A stretch of DNA of 51,690 nt, the filler included, from Sphacelaria rigidula (Eukaryota): assembly GCA_964200075.2 (NCBI GenBank). It is 4 parts of 4 records of this genome, joined end to end, with 100 filler letters (N's around TTAATTAATTAA, not from the genome) between each part and the next. Parts side by side here need not be neighbours in the genome. Positions count along the whole stretch, not along the records: positions 38,846 to 51,690 come from CAXNAA020003363.1; 3 more parts are not named here. One strand, given 5' to 3'. The notes under the pieces are model-generated. The model saw only the letters and a program-made list of their open reading frames with translations. It was not told where the DNA came from and searched no databases. Below, piece by piece: positions 49,587 through 51,690 of this stretch (positions within the stretch are counted from its first letter, which is position 1; every line of letters begins with the position of its first letter). Both the position numbers and the translations under genes were made by a program.

Positions 49587-50749
49587 GCTTCCACAGACCT
49601 CCTGGTTTCTGATCCATGACATCTTTTATTGCGTTTCTCTTTTCTTTCCTTTCCCCTGTCGTTTAAATACATTCCCCTTCTTCCAGCACTCAGGACACAC
49701 CAGTACCATCCGCCGACTCCTTTAACAGCCTACAATCGGAGCTTCTTCGGCGCACACCAACGGACCACGAATGGAACTTGCCTAAAGCACCTTCATCCCC
49801 GGCTACTGGAGGCTTTTGTATTCTCGCAGTTTATTTGCATGACTGGCGCTGGACCCCTTGCCGTCTTTGGGTCGCGGATTCCTTCACTTTCCTCAGCCAC
49901 CATGCGCTCGCTGCATGTGATTGACCTTTCGGCGGTTGAGTTTGGTATCATCCACGCAGACGTGGTGTCCCTGGCGTGTCTTCCCGTTTACCTCTTTATT
50001 TTGGCTAGCGCGTCGAAGTATTTTTGTTTTCTCCCGTTTAATTTCGCTAGCCCGCAGCAGCATGATGTGCTCCTGCATCTTCAAGCGCACTTGCGCTTTT
50101 CGGTAGCAGATTCTGCTTCCCTTGTTTGAGATATGGGAGGATCGGGCTACGGAGTGGATGTTGCCGTCCTGTTCTGGGCTGTACCTTCTTTCCAGCCACT
50201 ACGGCCGAGTGCTTTGATAGCATTGAGTTCACCTTCCTTGTCGCTCATGACTTGACGTGGAGAAAACCCTAGATTTTCGTTGCTTTAGGAGATTTCTCAT
50301 CGCAACTGTAATAGACGTTCGTCTGGATGGGCTAGTGTCATGAAGCTAGGAGGAATTTATGATCAAATCTGGGATTTCATAGTTGCGGGTCTGATCAAGC
50401 TTGACTAGGTCGGATGTGAGATTGATCAAAGAGAATAGACGGGGGTTTTCTAGTCGCTCGTGAGGCCTCCTGACCCACTCGCCGCGTCAAGTGAACTTCC
50501 GGTGTTTCATTTGAAACGGAACACTTCGTGCGGTTAGGTCGCCGCGCTTCACCTTCAGGATTTCACACCACCACTACATACTGCAACAACTACGACCGAT
50601 TGAGAGCACGGAATAACGAGAGCAGGTATACTACGACACCGCCCAGAACGGACCGAACAAGATCAACGAACGCCACTACAACACCACACATTGTTAGCCA
50701 GAAAACGAAATGGTTGATCGGTAGCAGGGCAATATAACACGGTACGTAC

Positions 50750-51690
50750 TTGATTCGTATAAATATTGTAATGTACTGACTTGCGTACAGTACGGAATCA
50801 TAGGACTGCGTGCAGGATCTTGATTTATTTGAAAACTGTGTGTCATGGGTACACCGTATGTGTACTTCATTAGTTCACCAAACTGTGTATAGAAGCTCAT
50901 GTTTGCGCACTGGGGGAACATGCTTTGAGTCGAGCATCGACTACAGTAGGATACACAGCTGACACCGCTCCCTACGAGACTGTCTACGTAAGACAGAGAT
51001 TTAGATCTATCAATCGTTTTTGAGTCATGAGTGCGCGCACTGTTCACAACATGAGTACCATCTCTGGATTTAAGGTTGTTGAGTACCAGAGTACATGTGC
51101 TTTGATAGTTGCATGCCATGTGAAGTGCTGTGCCGGAAAACCTTTTAATTTATAGCAGGCATCAAAATTGTGATGTCATGCAAATAGCCCGAGTGCTTAT
51201 GTCTAGGGATGAAATTCCACCAGTGACGACATTTCTTGAAGTAAACGTATACACCTATACGCATGATAAACATGCTGATTTCTACATATCAGCGTATCTT
51301 GGATGATTCTTTAGTTTGATTTGAGCTAAGTTTTACCCATCAGTACAGTGTAACCTGTAGCTGATTTTTTGCACATCAGTACAGTGTGCTTTGTGGTACT
51401 TTTTGTTCAATTGTCTAGTAAACGATTTGATTGAAAATTGATTTGCTACCCACGTACAACTCAAGGGGGTGTGTCGGAAATTTACACAGCCAGCAATCTA
51501 ACTGTATATCTTTTGTGTGAGTTTTTACTCTGTAGCAAATTCGCGGGACAACTAGTGACGGTTCGGGTAGTCGGATAGTAGCACAAATCTAACCCGAGAT
51601 TCCGGGTACAAGTACCTCTTTTATATGGATCCTTGAGTTAGATATCTTGTTGGTATCGCCACGTAAGATCGTAGGATATGACAGTGTACT
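50750..51690 (+). mobile_element. Possible degraded 3' end of another LTR element (PPT and LTR start), perhaps Copia
   Basis: Purine tract aagggggtg (51463-51471) is immediately followed by TGTCGGAAA. Upstream sequence only faintly resembles a Copia RNase H C-terminus. Confidence 0.3.

Larger units (their letters stand above)
39490..50340 (+). mobile_element. Ty3/Gypsy LTR retrotransposon B, decayed; outer boundaries uncertain
   Basis: Gag-like region with a degenerate knuckle CINGSTQGHSMRDC (42885-42926), protease LLDSGS (~44402), RT (SPWASPLVVV, RMPQG, YLDD at 45910-45921), RNase H (HASTDGFGAVL, ELE, YTDH), integrase (CHTDLSCH, CFKC, SFDY, NGGTE), a GPY/F-like LNWTGSFKV and a chromodomain. 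No matching LTR pair seen. Confidence 0.93.

Noticed and set aside
39490..50700. LTR pair for Gypsy B (TGTCAGG at 39490 and TGTCATG at 50338)
   Set aside because: No convincing homology between the two regions by eye, and no clear PBS.

Overview
This is eukaryotic, intron-rich, repeat-rich DNA. The long GT-AG introns, the genes and the transposon repertoire suggest a stramenopile, probably a brown alga (inference). The window is four unrelated contigs of about 12.85 kb (1-12851, 12952-25798, 25899-38745, 38846-51690) joined by artificial N44-TTAATTAATTAA-N44 linkers. Contig 1 holds a complete 6-exon RPS8 gene (minus strand, 207 aa) with MITE-filled introns and a decayed divergent ORF. Contig 2 holds a decayed chromodomain Gypsy LTR retrotransposon that inserted into a tRNA-derived SINE and later had its 3' end inverted; the TSD, the split SINE and the reading frame all agree on this. 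Contig 3 holds a multi-exon tandem tetraspanin-like gene with a 2 kb foldback element in one intron, a candidate convergent gene, and a TIR element carrying TTAGGG repeats. Contig 4 holds a second decayed Gypsy element whose integrase ends in a chromodomain plus an extra Tudor/PWWP-like module. I found no CRISPR array, rRNA or intact tRNA. I cannot demonstrate a wholly new system; the best leads are the retroelement architectures and the telomere-repeat MITE.
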